Source: Cyanophyceae cyanobacterium (lineage in GTDB: Bacteria > Cyanobacteriota > Cyanobacteriia > Cyanobacteriales > JBHJGN01). From it: a stretch of DNA of 64,000 nt. The stretch's first letter is position 1. Every line of letters starts with the position of its first letter. The notes below the pieces were generated by a model. The model had not been told where the DNA came from. It saw only the letters and a program-made list of their open reading frames with translations, and did no database searches. Of this stretch, positions 38,906 to 48,878 are shown piece after piece. Both the position numbers and the translations under genes were made by a program. The DNA lies in assembly GCA_050331735.1 (NCBI GenBank), contig JBHJGN010000011.1:160001-224000 (forward strand), read 5' to 3'.

Positions 38906-40876
38906 ATGAACAATGAACAATTGACTAACCGAATTCCTAACCAGCGGTGGCAAATTGCCCCTCCAAGTCAAGACGTAGAGACACTGGCACAGAGGACAGG
39001 CTTTTTGCCGCTGATCGCTCAGGTGATGATGAATCGAGGCATTGCTAGCGTACAGGAGGCGATCGCCTACATTAAACCAGAATCGGAGTATCTGCCCAAC
39101 CCGCTCGCGGAGTTTCCTGACCTGGCCCTCAGCGTTGAATTACTAGTAGAGGCGATCGCCACTGACGATAAAATTGCGATCTGCGGCGACTACGATGCTG
39201 ATGGCATGACCAGTACGGCTTTGCTGCTGCGGGCTTTGAATCATCTCGGGGCAGCGGTCGAGTATGCCATTCCTAGCCGCATGAAAGACGGCTACGGCAT
39301 CAACTGTCGCATCGTCGAAGAGTTTGCTCAAGCGGGAGTCGGCATTATTCTCACCGTAGACAACGGAATTTCTGCTACTGAACCGATCACGAGAGCGGTC
39401 GAGCAAGGCATGATCGTCATTTTGACCGATCACCACGACCCGCCAGAGCATTTACCGCCTGCTCACGCCATTCTCAATCCCAAACTCATTGACCCGACTT
39501 CTCCCTATTGCGGATTGGCTGGAGTGGGCGTAGCCTACATTTTAGCCCTCGCCACAGCCAGGAAATTTGGGCAAGAGCAGGCTGTGGCAAACCAACTTCT
39601 AGAGCTGTTTACTCTCGGCACGATTGCCGATCTCGCGCCGCTGGTGGGGGTAAACCGCCGCTGGCTCAAAAAAGGGTTGCGTCAGCTTCCCCAGTCTCAG
39701 CTAGAGGGCGTACAGGCGCTGATGCAGGTGGCCGGAGTCAGCGACGAACAAAAGCAGGTGCAGCCGGACGATATTGGGTTTCGCCTTGGACCGAGAATTA
39801 ACGCCGTCGGACGCATTGCCGATCCGCAGGTAGTGATCGAACTGCTGACAACGACAGAGCCAGGAATAGCCTTAGAACGGGCCATGCAGTGCGAGCAAAT
39901 TAATCGCACCCGTCAGCAGTTATGCGCTGAGATCGAGCAAGAAGCGGTGGCTCTTGTAGAAAATGCGCCCATCCCCTGGAAACAGCAGCGCGTATTAGTT
40001 GTTGTTTGCTCCGGCTGGCATCACGGCGTGATTGGAATTGTGGCCTCTCGCTTAGTTGAACGCTACGGTGTGCCGGTATTTATCGGTACCTATGAGGATG
40101 CCGACTCTATCCGCGGCTCTGCTAGAGGAATCCAGGAATTTAATGTGTTTGCCGCTCTAGATTTTTGTGGAGAGCTACTGACTAAATACGGGGGTCATAA
40201 AGCGGCGGGTGGCTTCAGTTGTCCGGCAGCTCATTTAGCGACTTTGACACAAAAACTGAGTCAGTTTGCCCATCAGTGCCTTCAGCCCCAACACCTCAAA
40301 CCTCTTGTTAAAATTGATGCTCAAGCTGATTTTCCTCAGCTTAATCTTGCTCTGTACCGAGAGATTGAATCTTTGCAGCCTTGGGGCATTGGCAACGAAT
40401 TTCCGGTGTTTTGGACCGCCAACGTGCGGGTCTTAGAGCAGCGCATCGTTGGCAAGAATCATCTTAAGCTTACTTTGATGTCAGACGACGGTGAGCAGGT
40501 GATTCGAGCGATCGCCTGGCGCTGGGGCGAGTATTTTCCGCTTCCTACTCCCCTCGATATTGCCTACAAGCTCCGGGAAAACTTCTGGAACGGCAACGCT
40601 AGCGTTGAGCTAGAATTAGTGGGAGCGCGACCTCGCTTTGAACCTCATCACGCTGAGTTTCTGTACCGAGGTCATGTCTATACCTGTACTCTGCGGCAGT
40701 CTCGCTTGAAAATTAATAATGCTCAAGGTCAAGTTCTCGCCATCGAGCAAGGACAAAAAAAAGGCATCTTAGCCGATCAACAACGGACCACAGCAGTAGA
40801 TGTCACTCAGGCTCACTATTACGAATTAATTAAGAGGGCGCTGGCTGCTTTAACAGATATGAAGAATGAAAGCTAG
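38906..40876 (+). CDS. recJ: Single-stranded-DNA-specific exonuclease RecJ
   Basis: GDYDADG, TVDNG, TDHH, GTIADL, PRINAVGR, GSAR, GGHKAAGG. Confidence 0.96.
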   Translation: MNNEQLTNRIPNQRWQIAPPSQDVETLAQRTGFLPLIAQVMMNRGIASVQEAIAYIKPESEYLPNPLAEFPDLALSVELLVEAIATDDKIAICGDYDADGMTSTALLLRALNHLGAAVEYAIPSRMKDGYGINCRIVEEFAQAGVGIILTVDNGISATEPITRAVEQGMIVILTDHHDPPEHLPPAHAILNPKLIDPTSPYCGLAGVGVAYILALATARKFGQEQAVANQLLELFTLGTIADLAPLVGVNRRWLKKGLRQLPQSQLEGVQALMQVAGVSDEQKQVQPDDIGFRLGPRINAVGRIADPQVVIELLTTTEPGIALERAMQCEQINRTRQQLCAEIEQEAVALVENAPIPWKQQRVLVVVCSGWHHGVIGIVASRLVERYGVPVFIGTYEDADSIRGSARGIQEFNVFAALDFCGELLTKYGGHKAAGGFSCPAAHLATLTQKLSQFAHQCLQPQHLKPLVKIDAQADFPQLNLALYREIESLQPWGIGNEFPVFWTANVRVLEQRIVGKNHLKLTLMSDDGEQVIRAIAWRWGEYFPLPTPLDIAYKLRENFWNGNASVELELVGARPRFEPHHAEFLYRGHVYTCTLRQSRLKINNAQGQVLAIEQGQKKGILADQQRTTAVDVTQAHYYELIKRALAALTDMKNES

Positions 40877-40906
40877 AGCGCTTCTTCATTCTTCATCCTC
40901 AGACGC

Positions 40907-41038
40907 TTATAGGTCTCCACCTCGGAGAGCGAGAAGAAAAATTACGATTGGTCCAGAAATCATAATTAAGGCTACCATCGTTAATTGAACAATTGCTTCA
41001 TAGTTAACGTTGTTAACAAGGTTTGTAATAAAATCCAT
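40907..41038 (-). CDS. psb30: Photosystem II protein Psb30 (Ycf12), 43 aa
   Basis: MDFITNLVNNVNYEAIVQLTMVALIMISGPIVIFLLALRGGDL; missing from the ORF track because it is under 60 aa. Confidence 0.95.
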   Translation of the reverse strand: MDFITNLVNNVNYEAIVQLTMVALIMISGPIVIFLLALRGGDL

Positions 41039-41160
41039 CTTCTGTAACTTTACCCCGCAGATAGGACAAATTAATGCAAATCATCATTTTAAATAATACA
41101 GAGGAATGATTCTTTCATCAACTACACAAAAGGTTAGCGCTTGAGGACGGTAAGCTAACG

Positions 41161-41577
41161 ATGGCAACATGGCGCTGCGTTCAGCATTGCGGAGCTTGCT
41201 GTAATCTTGCTCCAGCAGACAGACCCCATTTAGCAGAGTACCTCTCCTCAGCAGAATTGGCTCTTTATCTGAGTATGGTGGGGGAAGATGGCTGGTGCAT
41301 TCATTACGACCCATCTGAACGAAAGTGTCAAATCTACGAACAGCGCCCTCGCTTCTGCCGGGTAGAGCCGAACACATTTCAGCGAATGTACGCCGTGGCG
41401 CTCGAAGAGTTTGAGGACTTTGCCATCGAGTGCTGCTACCAACAGATTGAAGGGGTTTACGCAAAAATAGTCAGGAGATGCAGCGCTACAGTCAAGCTGT
41501 TGGGGATGAGACAAGTAACGGTGACGATCCCGATTAGAGATTTAGTTGCAACGAGGGGTTGCTTTTTGAGAGGATGA
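41161..41577 (+). CDS. YkgJ-family Cys-cluster (Zn/Fe-chelating) protein with a probable frameshift near the 3' end
   Basis: CxxxCGACC, GWC, C.IYE.RP.FCR. The family-like C-terminus continues in another frame from ~41461 to TAG 41535-41537. Confidence 0.85.
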   Translation: MATWRCVQHCGACCNLAPADRPHLAEYLSSAELALYLSMVGEDGWCIHYDPSERKCQIYEQRPRFCRVEPNTFQRMYAVALEEFEDFAIECCYQQIEGVYAKIVRRCSATVKLLGMRQVTVTIPIRDLVATRGCFLRG

Positions 41578-41696
41578 ATAACGAATTGTAAAATCTAATC
41601 TGAGTAGAAACAAATTAGATAGCCAGTAGCGAGTCGAGTCTTTGCTGGGATAAAGCTTAACTGGTTAGCGATCGCCCAATAAGTCCTAGTTTTCCT

Positions 41697-42080
41697 GTGA
41701 CCTTGATAGAGCCATCTTTAAATAAGCCTCGAGAAATCGAATCCTCTCAGTCAATTCCAGCCGCCAACCCGAAGAATTCCTCTCAGGACGAGAAAAAATG
41801 GAGCTTTTGGTCGATTTTTAGCTCTACTTTCTTAACCATATTCTTTGCGGAAATGGGTGACAAGACCCAGCTAGCAACCCTGCTGATTAGCGCTGAATCG
41901 GAATCTCCTGTTGTGGTGTTTACTGGGGCGGCGGTGGCGTTGATTGCGACTAGTTTACTGGGAGTTATTATTGGCTACTGGCTCGCTAAGCGCCTCTCTC
42001 CCCGCCTGCTCGATCTCGCGGTGGCGCTGCTGCTGCTGCTCATATCGGGGTTACTATTGGGAGATGTAGTAACGGGTTAG
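41697..42080 (+). CDS. TMEM165/GDT1 (UPF0016) half-transporter
   Basis: AEMGDKTQLA motif, three TM helices. Confidence 0.9.
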   Translation: MTLIEPSLNKPREIESSQSIPAANPKNSSQDEKKWSFWSIFSSTFLTIFFAEMGDKTQLATLLISAESESPVVVFTGAAVALIATSLLGVIIGYWLAKRLSPRLLDLAVALLLLLISGLLLGDVVTG

Positions 42081-42097
42081 GAACTAATCAATTAAGT

Positions 42098-42382
42098 ATG
42101 GACTGGCAGCTTCTTGGACTGAGCTTCATCACCGTATTTTTGGCAGAGATTGGGGATAAAAGCCAGCTAGCGGCGATCGCCCTCGGCGGCAATTCTCGTT
42201 CTCCGCGGGCGGTGTTCTTCGGCTCGGTCACGGCGCTAATTCTGGCTAGCTTCATCGGAGTCGTGGCTGGAGGAGGAATGGCTCAGCTATTGCCAACGCG
42301 ACTTCTCAAGGCGCTCGCTGCCCTTGGGTTTCTGTTTTTGGCTCTCAAAATCCTGTGGCCGGAATCGGCAGCAGACGACTAA
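42098..42382 (+). CDS. TMEM165/GDT1 (UPF0016) half-transporter
   Basis: AEIGDKSQLA motif, three TM helices; paired with the upstream half. Confidence 0.9.
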   Translation: MDWQLLGLSFITVFLAEIGDKSQLAAIALGGNSRSPRAVFFGSVTALILASFIGVVAGGGMAQLLPTRLLKALAALGFLFLALKILWPESAADD

Positions 42383-42585
42383 AAAGTAATGCTTTTCCTG
42401 CTTGAGCCGATGAATGACTGGTAATGTTTGCTCCGCACAGATTCGCGGCAGGACATTCTGTACCTTAATCGACCAAGGGGAGAGGAAGAAATTTGATGAA
42501 GATACGTCAGAAGAGCGCTCCTTTCCCCATTTCCCTCTCTAAGCTAAGAAGAAATACCTTACTGATTCAAAAACCGCGATCCCCT

Positions 42586-43011
42586 ATGAGTTGGCTACAA
42601 AAAAACTGTGTTGTTGTTCCTATTGATTTTTCGGACGCTGCTCTTGCGGTAGTGGCACCGGCGTTGGAGTTTGTTAAAGATCCGTCCCACCTTCACGTTA
42701 TTCACGTACTCCCAGACCTTCATCCAGCAGATCCAGCAGTTGTTTGGGATACGGTGGATGAAGCCACTCGCAAAGCACATGCCAAGGAAGCTCTCCAGGA
42801 CAAGCTCAGCGAATTCTCTGCTCAGGATATGCAAATTGAGGTAGTCATCGGCGACCCTAGCTCTGCCATTCTTGATTACGCTCAAGACCTAGCCGCCGAT
42901 CTCATCGTGATGTCTTCTCACGGACGCACAGGCATGAGCCGCTTTATGCTGGGCTCGGTTGCTGAGAGAGTCGTGCGCCTTTCTAAGTGTCCAGTTTTGG
43001 TGATTCGCTAA
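42586..43011 (+). CDS. Universal stress protein
   Basis: VVPIDFS, GDP, DLIVMSSHGR.G....LGSVAERVVR..KCPVLV. Likely ATG 42586. Confidence 0.93.
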   Translation: MSWLQKNCVVVPIDFSDAALAVVAPALEFVKDPSHLHVIHVLPDLHPADPAVVWDTVDEATRKAHAKEALQDKLSEFSAQDMQIEVVIGDPSSAILDYAQDLAADLIVMSSHGRTGMSRFMLGSVAERVVRLSKCPVLVIR

Positions 43012-43026
43012 AGCCTTGCCTCGTGG

Positions 43027-43266
43027 CTACTTCCGGCTGAGATCGAACTCTTCAATATAGTAGGATTCATCCACTTCAACCAGCCGCTTTTCTGACTGAG
43101 GCTTCTCTCCTGAGCCTGGAGGAAGGGGAGGAGTTGGCTGATCGCCACCATCGTGCCAGCCGTCGTCATCAGAACCGTTGAAAAATGAGACCAACCAGGC
43201 AACCAGGAGACCGAATAAATAGGCGATCGCCAGCGCCATGAGTAGTCTGATTGCGATCACGAACAT
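43027..43266 (-). CDS. Small single-TM protein with an acidic Gly/Pro-rich tail
   Basis: Hydrophobic N-terminal ~28 aa followed by GSDDDGWHDGGDQPTPPLPPG. Confidence 0.6.
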   Translation of the reverse strand: MFVIAIRLLMALAIAYLFGLLVAWLVSFFNGSDDDGWHDGGDQPTPPLPPGSGEKPQSEKRLVEVDESYYIEEFDLSRK

Positions 43267-43390
43267 AATGACTGTAGAGCTTGATGCTAATGAATCAAAG
43301 AAATACCAATATTTTTACAGTGTAGCGCAGTTAACACATTTCGGTCCGTCTCTGCCAGCACTGTTAGACTGGCTCGAAAATCGACAAACG

Positions 43391-44380
43391 CTAGAAATGC
43401 TGAAATCCCTCGATTAGAGTCAGCTCTCGAGGTGGTAATTTGCCGCTCCTGTCTTTGAGCTTCACTTGGCGATCGCTCGTAATCTTGCCGATCGCGGCGG
43501 CTCCTTTCCCCAGCCTCTGGACCAACGCCTCTGCCAAGGGCGATGGTAGACAGAGAACGAGTTCAAAATCTTCACCTCCGTAGAGCGCCCATTCCAAGGC
43601 TTGCTCTTGATTCACCAGTTGAGTCAGCACGTCTGGAACAGGCAAAGCTGTCGCGTCAAGGTCCGCTCCTACTCCGCTACAGCGACAAATTTGTACCACC
43701 GCATCTGCCAGTCCATCGCTGCTGTCCATTCCAGCCATTCTGGTTGGCTCCTGTTCCCGCAGCCACTCTACAACGTCTAACCGAGGTTGAGGTCTTTGGT
43801 GAGCTAAGATTAAGTACTGGCGCTCGGTCGCTGCTAAATTTCGTCCCATTTCTGGCTGTAACAGCAGCTCCAATCCAGCCCGGGAAGCCCCGTGAAATCC
43901 GGTAGCGACAACGGTATCCCCAGGACGAGCTGCTGAACGTTGGATAATACGCTCGGGCAACACCTGACCAAAAGCCGTAATCGCTACCGTCACGACTGCC
44001 GAGCGACAAACATCACCCCCGAGAATCGCTGTCTGATATTGCTGCAAGCAGTCGTTCAGCCCGTGGTACAGTTTCTCTACCCAGTTGAGCGGAACGTCCT
44101 CTGTGAGGGCCAAGCTCACGGTGATTCCCAGCGGTGAAGCCCCCATCGCCGCGATGTCCGATAGATTCGCCGCTGCTGCCCGCCAACCCACATCTTCAGG
44201 TCCAGTGGTGGCCTCGCTGAAATGAACTCCATCAACCAAAACATCGGTGGTCACGACTAAAGACTGCTCGGCATCCACCTTGACCACTGCCGCATCATCC
44301 CCAACGGTATCAGCCGCACAAAGAGGCAGGAGCTTTGCTAGCAGCCCCTGCTCACCAATATCTTTAACGGTTTTTGACAT
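43391..44380 (-). CDS. thiL: Thiamine-monophosphate kinase
   Basis: GDDAA, TTDVLVDGVHF, NLSDIAAMG, GGD, DSSDGL, GGEDFEL. Confidence 0.96.
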   Translation of the reverse strand: MSKTVKDIGEQGLLAKLLPLCAADTVGDDAAVVKVDAEQSLVVTTDVLVDGVHFSEATTGPEDVGWRAAAANLSDIAAMGASPLGITVSLALTEDVPLNWVEKLYHGLNDCLQQYQTAILGGDVCRSAVVTVAITAFGQVLPERIIQRSAARPGDTVVATGFHGASRAGLELLLQPEMGRNLAATERQYLILAHQRPQPRLDVVEWLREQEPTRMAGMDSSDGLADAVVQICRCSGVGADLDATALPVPDVLTQLVNQEQALEWALYGGEDFELVLCLPSPLAEALVQRLGKGAAAIGKITSDRQVKLKDRSGKLPPRELTLIEGFQHF

Positions 44381-44479
44381 GAATCAATATCAATGTCTCA
44401 AGCCAACGCTTTCTCAGACCCAAATCTTCGGAGCAACGTTAGCTTGAGCGAACTGAAAACAGAACAGCGAGCAGAATCG

Positions 44480-45616
44480 TTAGGCTTTGCGAGGCTCTAC
44501 CAACTGCTCCGCACCGTTGATGACTTTCGCAGAGAGAATTTTGTCTCCCTCAGCGAGGTCTGCTAGCACCTCTTGTCCCTGATCAACGTAGCCGAAGACT
44601 GAGTAACGACCGTCCATAACGTTAAAGCCGGGGGGAGTTAATTCGCTGTCGAACTTAAAAAAGAAGAACTGAGATGAACCGCCATTGGGATCTGTTCCGG
44701 GTCGCGCTAGAGCGATCGCTCCGTAAGCGTTAAACGGCAAAACGAGTTCGGGCAGGTAGATCCCTGCATCTTCTAGCGTTGTGCCGTATCGCGGCTGTTC
44801 TTCCCCTCGAATCAAAACTTCTAGAGGAATCGCTCGATATTCGCCCGTGTCGGGGTCGATAAATCCTTCTTCCGGTCCCGGCGGATCTCCAGCCTGGACC
44901 ACAAAATCTTCGCTAGGGATAAACTCCAAACCATCATAAAATCCGCGCTGGACTAAATCTACAAAATTTCCAGCGTTTACAGGAGCGCTATAGCCGTCTA
45001 CGATAACCGTCAAGTTTCCCTTCGTCGTTTCCATTTTGACCGTGGCGCGGCCCTTTAGCTGCGGTAAATTAGCGTATTCTTCCGGCACGTCAAAGGGAAA
45101 CTCCTGCACCATTAGCTGTTCTAGGTCGCTGACGTGATTGAGAATATCTCGCCGCCGCGTCCAAATTTCCTCTTTATCTTTGGCATCGACAGACTCTCTC
45201 AGTTCACCCACATCTTCTGCTAGCTCATCTATGAGGGCTGAAGCCTCCACTTGATCTGCCTCGGGAATGCTTGCCAAAATCTGGTCGCGGCGAATCCGTA
45301 AAATTCGAGACGCATCTTTAACATTAGAGCTGAGTGCTCCCCAACGCTTACCCCGAAGGTATTTAGACATTGTTTCAATGTCTTCTTGAAATTGACGAAT
45401 CGTATCGTTATCAATCGGTAAAGCGTATCTAAGCAAGGAGGTTGGATCGGTAATGGCATCTCCTTGCGCCAAGGCACTTTTACGAGACGATTGGTCACTG
45501 CTGCCAAAGTCAAACCAGGCTCCGCTCAAGCTCAAAGAAAGCGATAGGAGCACGGCGGCAACAGCAATATTTTTCAGTAGATGCTTGCACCAATCAAGCC
45601 AGTGTCGGGCATTCAT
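44480..45616 (-). CDS. Thylakoid-lumen cyclophilin-type PPIase (CYP38/TLP40-like)
   Basis: Signal peptide, LLRYALP, LPQLKGRA, DGYSAPV.AGNFVDLV, SSQFF, DGRY.VFGY. Confidence 0.9.
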   Translation of the reverse strand: MNARHWLDWCKHLLKNIAVAAVLLSLSLSLSGAWFDFGSSDQSSRKSALAQGDAITDPTSLLRYALPIDNDTIRQFQEDIETMSKYLRGKRWGALSSNVKDASRILRIRRDQILASIPEADQVEASALIDELAEDVGELRESVDAKDKEEIWTRRRDILNHVSDLEQLMVQEFPFDVPEEYANLPQLKGRATVKMETTKGNLTVIVDGYSAPVNAGNFVDLVQRGFYDGLEFIPSEDFVVQAGDPPGPEEGFIDPDTGEYRAIPLEVLIRGEEQPRYGTTLEDAGIYLPELVLPFNAYGAIALARPGTDPNGGSSQFFFFKFDSELTPPGFNVMDGRYSVFGYVDQGQEVLADLAEGDKILSAKVINGAEQLVEPRKA

Positions 45617-45736
45617 ATTAATCTATTTCCATCCAAGTATTACGCGGCTTCACCCTCTCCTACCAAGATACCATCGAAAAAACCCCCAAAGATAATTGCT
45701 CTCAACAACACTGAGCTAGTATATTGCTTGCGCAAT

Positions 45737-45766
45737 GGGGAAAGGGTAAGGGGGAAAGGGAAAAGG
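45737..45766. repeat. GGGGAAA/AAAGGGG-type STRR array
   Basis: ggggaaagggtaagggggaaagggaaaagg; same family as 395-434, 14757-14815, 31841-31870 and 53039-53066. Confidence 0.6.
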
Positions 45767-45972
45767 CGATTTAGTTCCATTTCTTGTTCTTTAGAATGGG
45801 CTATTCACACAAACGTCAATTCATGCTGATTTTGGCCGAATACCTGCTACAACTAGTTCGAGCTTAGAAACAGGGAAAACCCGTCCAAAAGTGACTAACA
45901 AGCTGATTAGCAGCAATTAGCAGCAAAAAGCATTAAACTATCTACTATTTTGGCAATCTTTTGATTTTTAAA

Positions 45973-47529
45973 ATGCAATTATTCATAAATCTCACTCTTG
46001 TTGGTTTGATCTTTTGTTTACTCCATCAAGCTGGTGTAGTCTCTGTACCAGCAGCTCTAGCTTCTCCGCAGGAAGGACCGTCAGTGCATCAGCTTACAGA
46101 TGTCCAGCCGGATGATTGGGCCTATGAAGCACTCACAAGCTTGATCGAGCGCTATCAAGTTGTGATTGGCTACCCTAACAATACTTATCAAGGAACTCGT
46201 CCCCTGACTCGGTACGAGTTTGCAGCCGCGTTAGAGGCGGTTTTAAACCGAGTTCTTGAGCTAATTCGAGCTGAGAACGACAGCCAAAATCAAGTTTTGC
46301 AAGAAGATTTATCAACTCTAGAGCGTTTAAGACGGGATTTTTCCCTAGAGCTGGCGGTCATCAGAGGTCGTATTGATGGAGTCGAGGCTCGAACCGCCGA
46401 CTTAGAAGTAACGCAGTTCTCCACAACAACGAAGCTGTTAGGTCAGGCTCTGTTTGCTCTTAATGGCGGTGGATTTGAGGGAGAGGAGCTACTGGACGCG
46501 ACTGGAGCCGTGATTGCTAGCGACGCTCCGCAAGCGACTCTGATTTATCGCGTTGCCTTAGATCTTGATACGAGCTTTCAGGGGTCAGATCTGCTGAAAA
46601 TTCGCTTAGATCAAGGAAGTGATGGTTTTGATGATAACGCGGCAGGGGTGCTCGAACCCGATTTTGGCAGCGTTTTAGACTATTCAACAAAGCCTCCTCA
46701 AGAAGATTTAGGAGTTTCTCGTCTCTACTACACGTTCTCCCCCCTAACTGACCTGGCTGTGACCGTCGGTCCCGTGCTTTCTCCTACCGACTATATCGAT
46801 CGCAGCCAATATACCAGCCTGAGCTTTCAAGATTTTTCTACCCAAGCTTTCGCCTACAACTATCTGCTGTTTCCAGTCCCTGGACTAGGAGCAGGAGCTG
46901 CTCTAGACTGGAATCCTAACAGAGGTTCTTTTACCTTGCGTTCGGTCTATACAGCCTTAGCCGGAAACGACCCGGATGTAGATTCTGCTGCGGTTTCTGG
47001 AGTGTTTCCTCCGAGTCGGTTTCTCTATCCGGCTGATTCTCTCGAGGAAACCTCACGGGGCTTATTGGGAACTCCTCATCAGGGGATTGTGGAGCTGGAA
47101 TATTTTCCGGTTGAGGCTCTAGCGGTGCGGCTTCAGTATAGCGGCGGGACGATTTATGACGAACGCTTTGATGTCTTAGGAGCCAATGTAGAATTATCGC
47201 TCGGTAACTTGGGGGTATTTGGTCGCTACGGCTACGCCAGCTACGACGATACCAGCCAAGGAGATATTCATCCTCACTACTGGATGGTAGGGTTAACGAT
47301 GCTCGATCTCGGGCAGGAAGGCGATCGCGCTGGAGTAGCAGTTGGTCAGCCCTTTATCGCTAGCGAACTCGGCGACGGGACGCAAACAAATATTGAAGCG
47401 TACTACAACTTTTTGTTAAACGACCACGTGCGCGTTACTCCTCTTATCCAGGTCGTCGTCGCTCCCGGCAACCAGCAAGAAAACGGCACCATTTTTACAG
47501 GAACGCTGAGGACGGTCATTCTGTTTTAA
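45973..47529 (+). CDS. SLH-domain outer-membrane porin (cyanobacterial OprB/Som-type)
   Basis: DVQP.DWAYEAL..L.ERY...GYP, TRYEFAA, coiled coil, QFSTTTKL.G, terminal TLRT..F. Confidence 0.92.
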   Translation: MQLFINLTLVGLIFCLLHQAGVVSVPAALASPQEGPSVHQLTDVQPDDWAYEALTSLIERYQVVIGYPNNTYQGTRPLTRYEFAAALEAVLNRVLELIRAENDSQNQVLQEDLSTLERLRRDFSLELAVIRGRIDGVEARTADLEVTQFSTTTKLLGQALFALNGGGFEGEELLDATGAVIASDAPQATLIYRVALDLDTSFQGSDLLKIRLDQGSDGFDDNAAGVLEPDFGSVLDYSTKPPQEDLGVSRLYYTFSPLTDLAVTVGPVLSPTDYIDRSQYTSLSFQDFSTQAFAYNYLLFPVPGLGAGAALDWNPNRGSFTLRSVYTALAGNDPDVDSAAVSGVFPPSRFLYPADSLEETSRGLLGTPHQGIVELEYFPVEALAVRLQYSGGTIYDERFDVLGANVELSLGNLGVFGRYGYASYDDTSQGDIHPHYWMVGLTMLDLGQEGDRAGVAVGQPFIASELGDGTQTNIEAYYNFLLNDHVRVTPLIQVVVAPGNQQENGTIFTGTLRTVILF

Positions 47530-47603
47530 AGTCGGAGTTCGGCATTGAGCGACTGACACTGAGTCTTTCTTGCTCTTGCCCCTTTGACTTTTGACCAGAA
47601 GAA

Positions 47604-48743
47604 TTATGGCATAGTCAGTCCCCTAAGCTGATGTTCGCTCAGTCCACGACTCTGGATGAGGACTCCAAAACCGCCTAGTCCGGAGGGATCGATGAGTTGA
47701 TGAAGGGCATCGCGGCGCTGAAAAATTTCTGAAACGCTATAGCGGTTGCTCGCAAGTTCGGCGAGGCGATCGCCTAATCCCAACGCCATTAAAAATAAAC
47801 CCTGTTTGGTAGAACCGACCGTGGTGAAGCCGTATCGTTCTCCTTGGCGTTCAAGAGCCGTAAAATCGACGTGGGCCGTGATATCTTGGGTGCCAAGGTT
47901 GACGTAGGGATTGTTGTGGCGGCGATGCTGGGTGTAGCACTGCAACGTTCCTTGGTCGCGCTGCGGGGAGTAATAGCGCTCTGCGGTGTAGCCGTAATCT
48001 ATAGTGAGGAGGTATCCTCTTGCTAACTTTTTCGCGACCGCTGCCAGCCAGTCCAGGGCGGCAAGATTGACCTCTGTGCGATAGCCGTTGGGATAGCGAC
48101 TCGAGAGGATATCAATACCGACTAGCTCAAAGTAGGTGGCGAGTCGAGGAGTTGAAGGTTTTCCCTTGACTTCTCTAAATCCCGTTGGGGAAGTAGTAAC
48201 GTAAATTTCCTCTAGTTGAGGGCCTTTAATGACCCGATGGACGGGAAAAGCATCGACGAGTTCGTTGGAAAAGCAACAGCCGACAATCGAATCGTCAGCA
48301 ATTTCTGACCAAGTTTTCCAGGAAACAGCAAAGTTTTTGAGTACCTGCTGCTGTTGAACAATTAACGCTGGCGAGGACTCAACAATCGTGTATTGAAGTA
48401 CCTTCAGTAACTCCGGATAACGCTGGAGATACTGGAGAATATCGGCTGCTCCTAATCCCGATCCGGCTCCCATTTCTATAAGCGTAAACGGCTCGGGACG
48501 AGAGAGCGCCTGCCACATTTCGACAAACTGCTCCGCCAGTAGCTGGGCAAAATCTGGACCAAGGGAAGACGAGGTAAAAAAGTCTCCTTGAGTCCCAATC
48601 TGGACTGCACCGGAAGCATAGTAGCCGTAATGAGGATGGTACAGCACTAAGTCCATGTATTCAGCAAAGGAAATGCGCTGGTGAAGAGCAGATTCAATGC
48701 GCTCAACAATAATTTCTTTAAGAAATTGGGAATTTTCTGACAA
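47604..48743 (-). CDS. SAM-dependent methyltransferase, MidA/NDUFAF7 family
   Basis: FAEYM...LY.P..GYY, GDFFTS, EMGAG.G, SNELVDAFP, IDYG, QDITAHVDF. Confidence 0.9.
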   Translation of the reverse strand: MSENSQFLKEIIVERIESALHQRISFAEYMDLVLYHPHYGYYASGAVQIGTQGDFFTSSSLGPDFAQLLAEQFVEMWQALSRPEPFTLIEMGAGSGLGAADILQYLQRYPELLKVLQYTIVESSPALIVQQQQVLKNFAVSWKTWSEIADDSIVGCCFSNELVDAFPVHRVIKGPQLEEIYVTTSPTGFREVKGKPSTPRLATYFELVGIDILSSRYPNGYRTEVNLAALDWLAAVAKKLARGYLLTIDYGYTAERYYSPQRDQGTLQCYTQHRRHNNPYVNLGTQDITAHVDFTALERQGERYGFTTVGSTKQGLFLMALGLGDRLAELASNRYSVSEIFQRRDALHQLIDPSGLGGFGVLIQSRGLSEHQLRGLTMP

Positions 48744-48878
48744 TTGTTTTTGACTGGCTTGGTTAAATGGTCACTATTCAGGTTAACTTTTAGCAGGCTT
48801 TTGCCTCAACTCCTGGATGACGAGCGATCGCGGTTTGGTAAGCTTGATGAATTCGTGGCTGATTAAGTGACTTAACTG

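Noticed and set aside
43322..43335. GTA-N8-AAC NtcA-like box upstream of the 79-aa membrane gene
   Set aside because: Imperfect, with no TAN3T element at the expected spacing.
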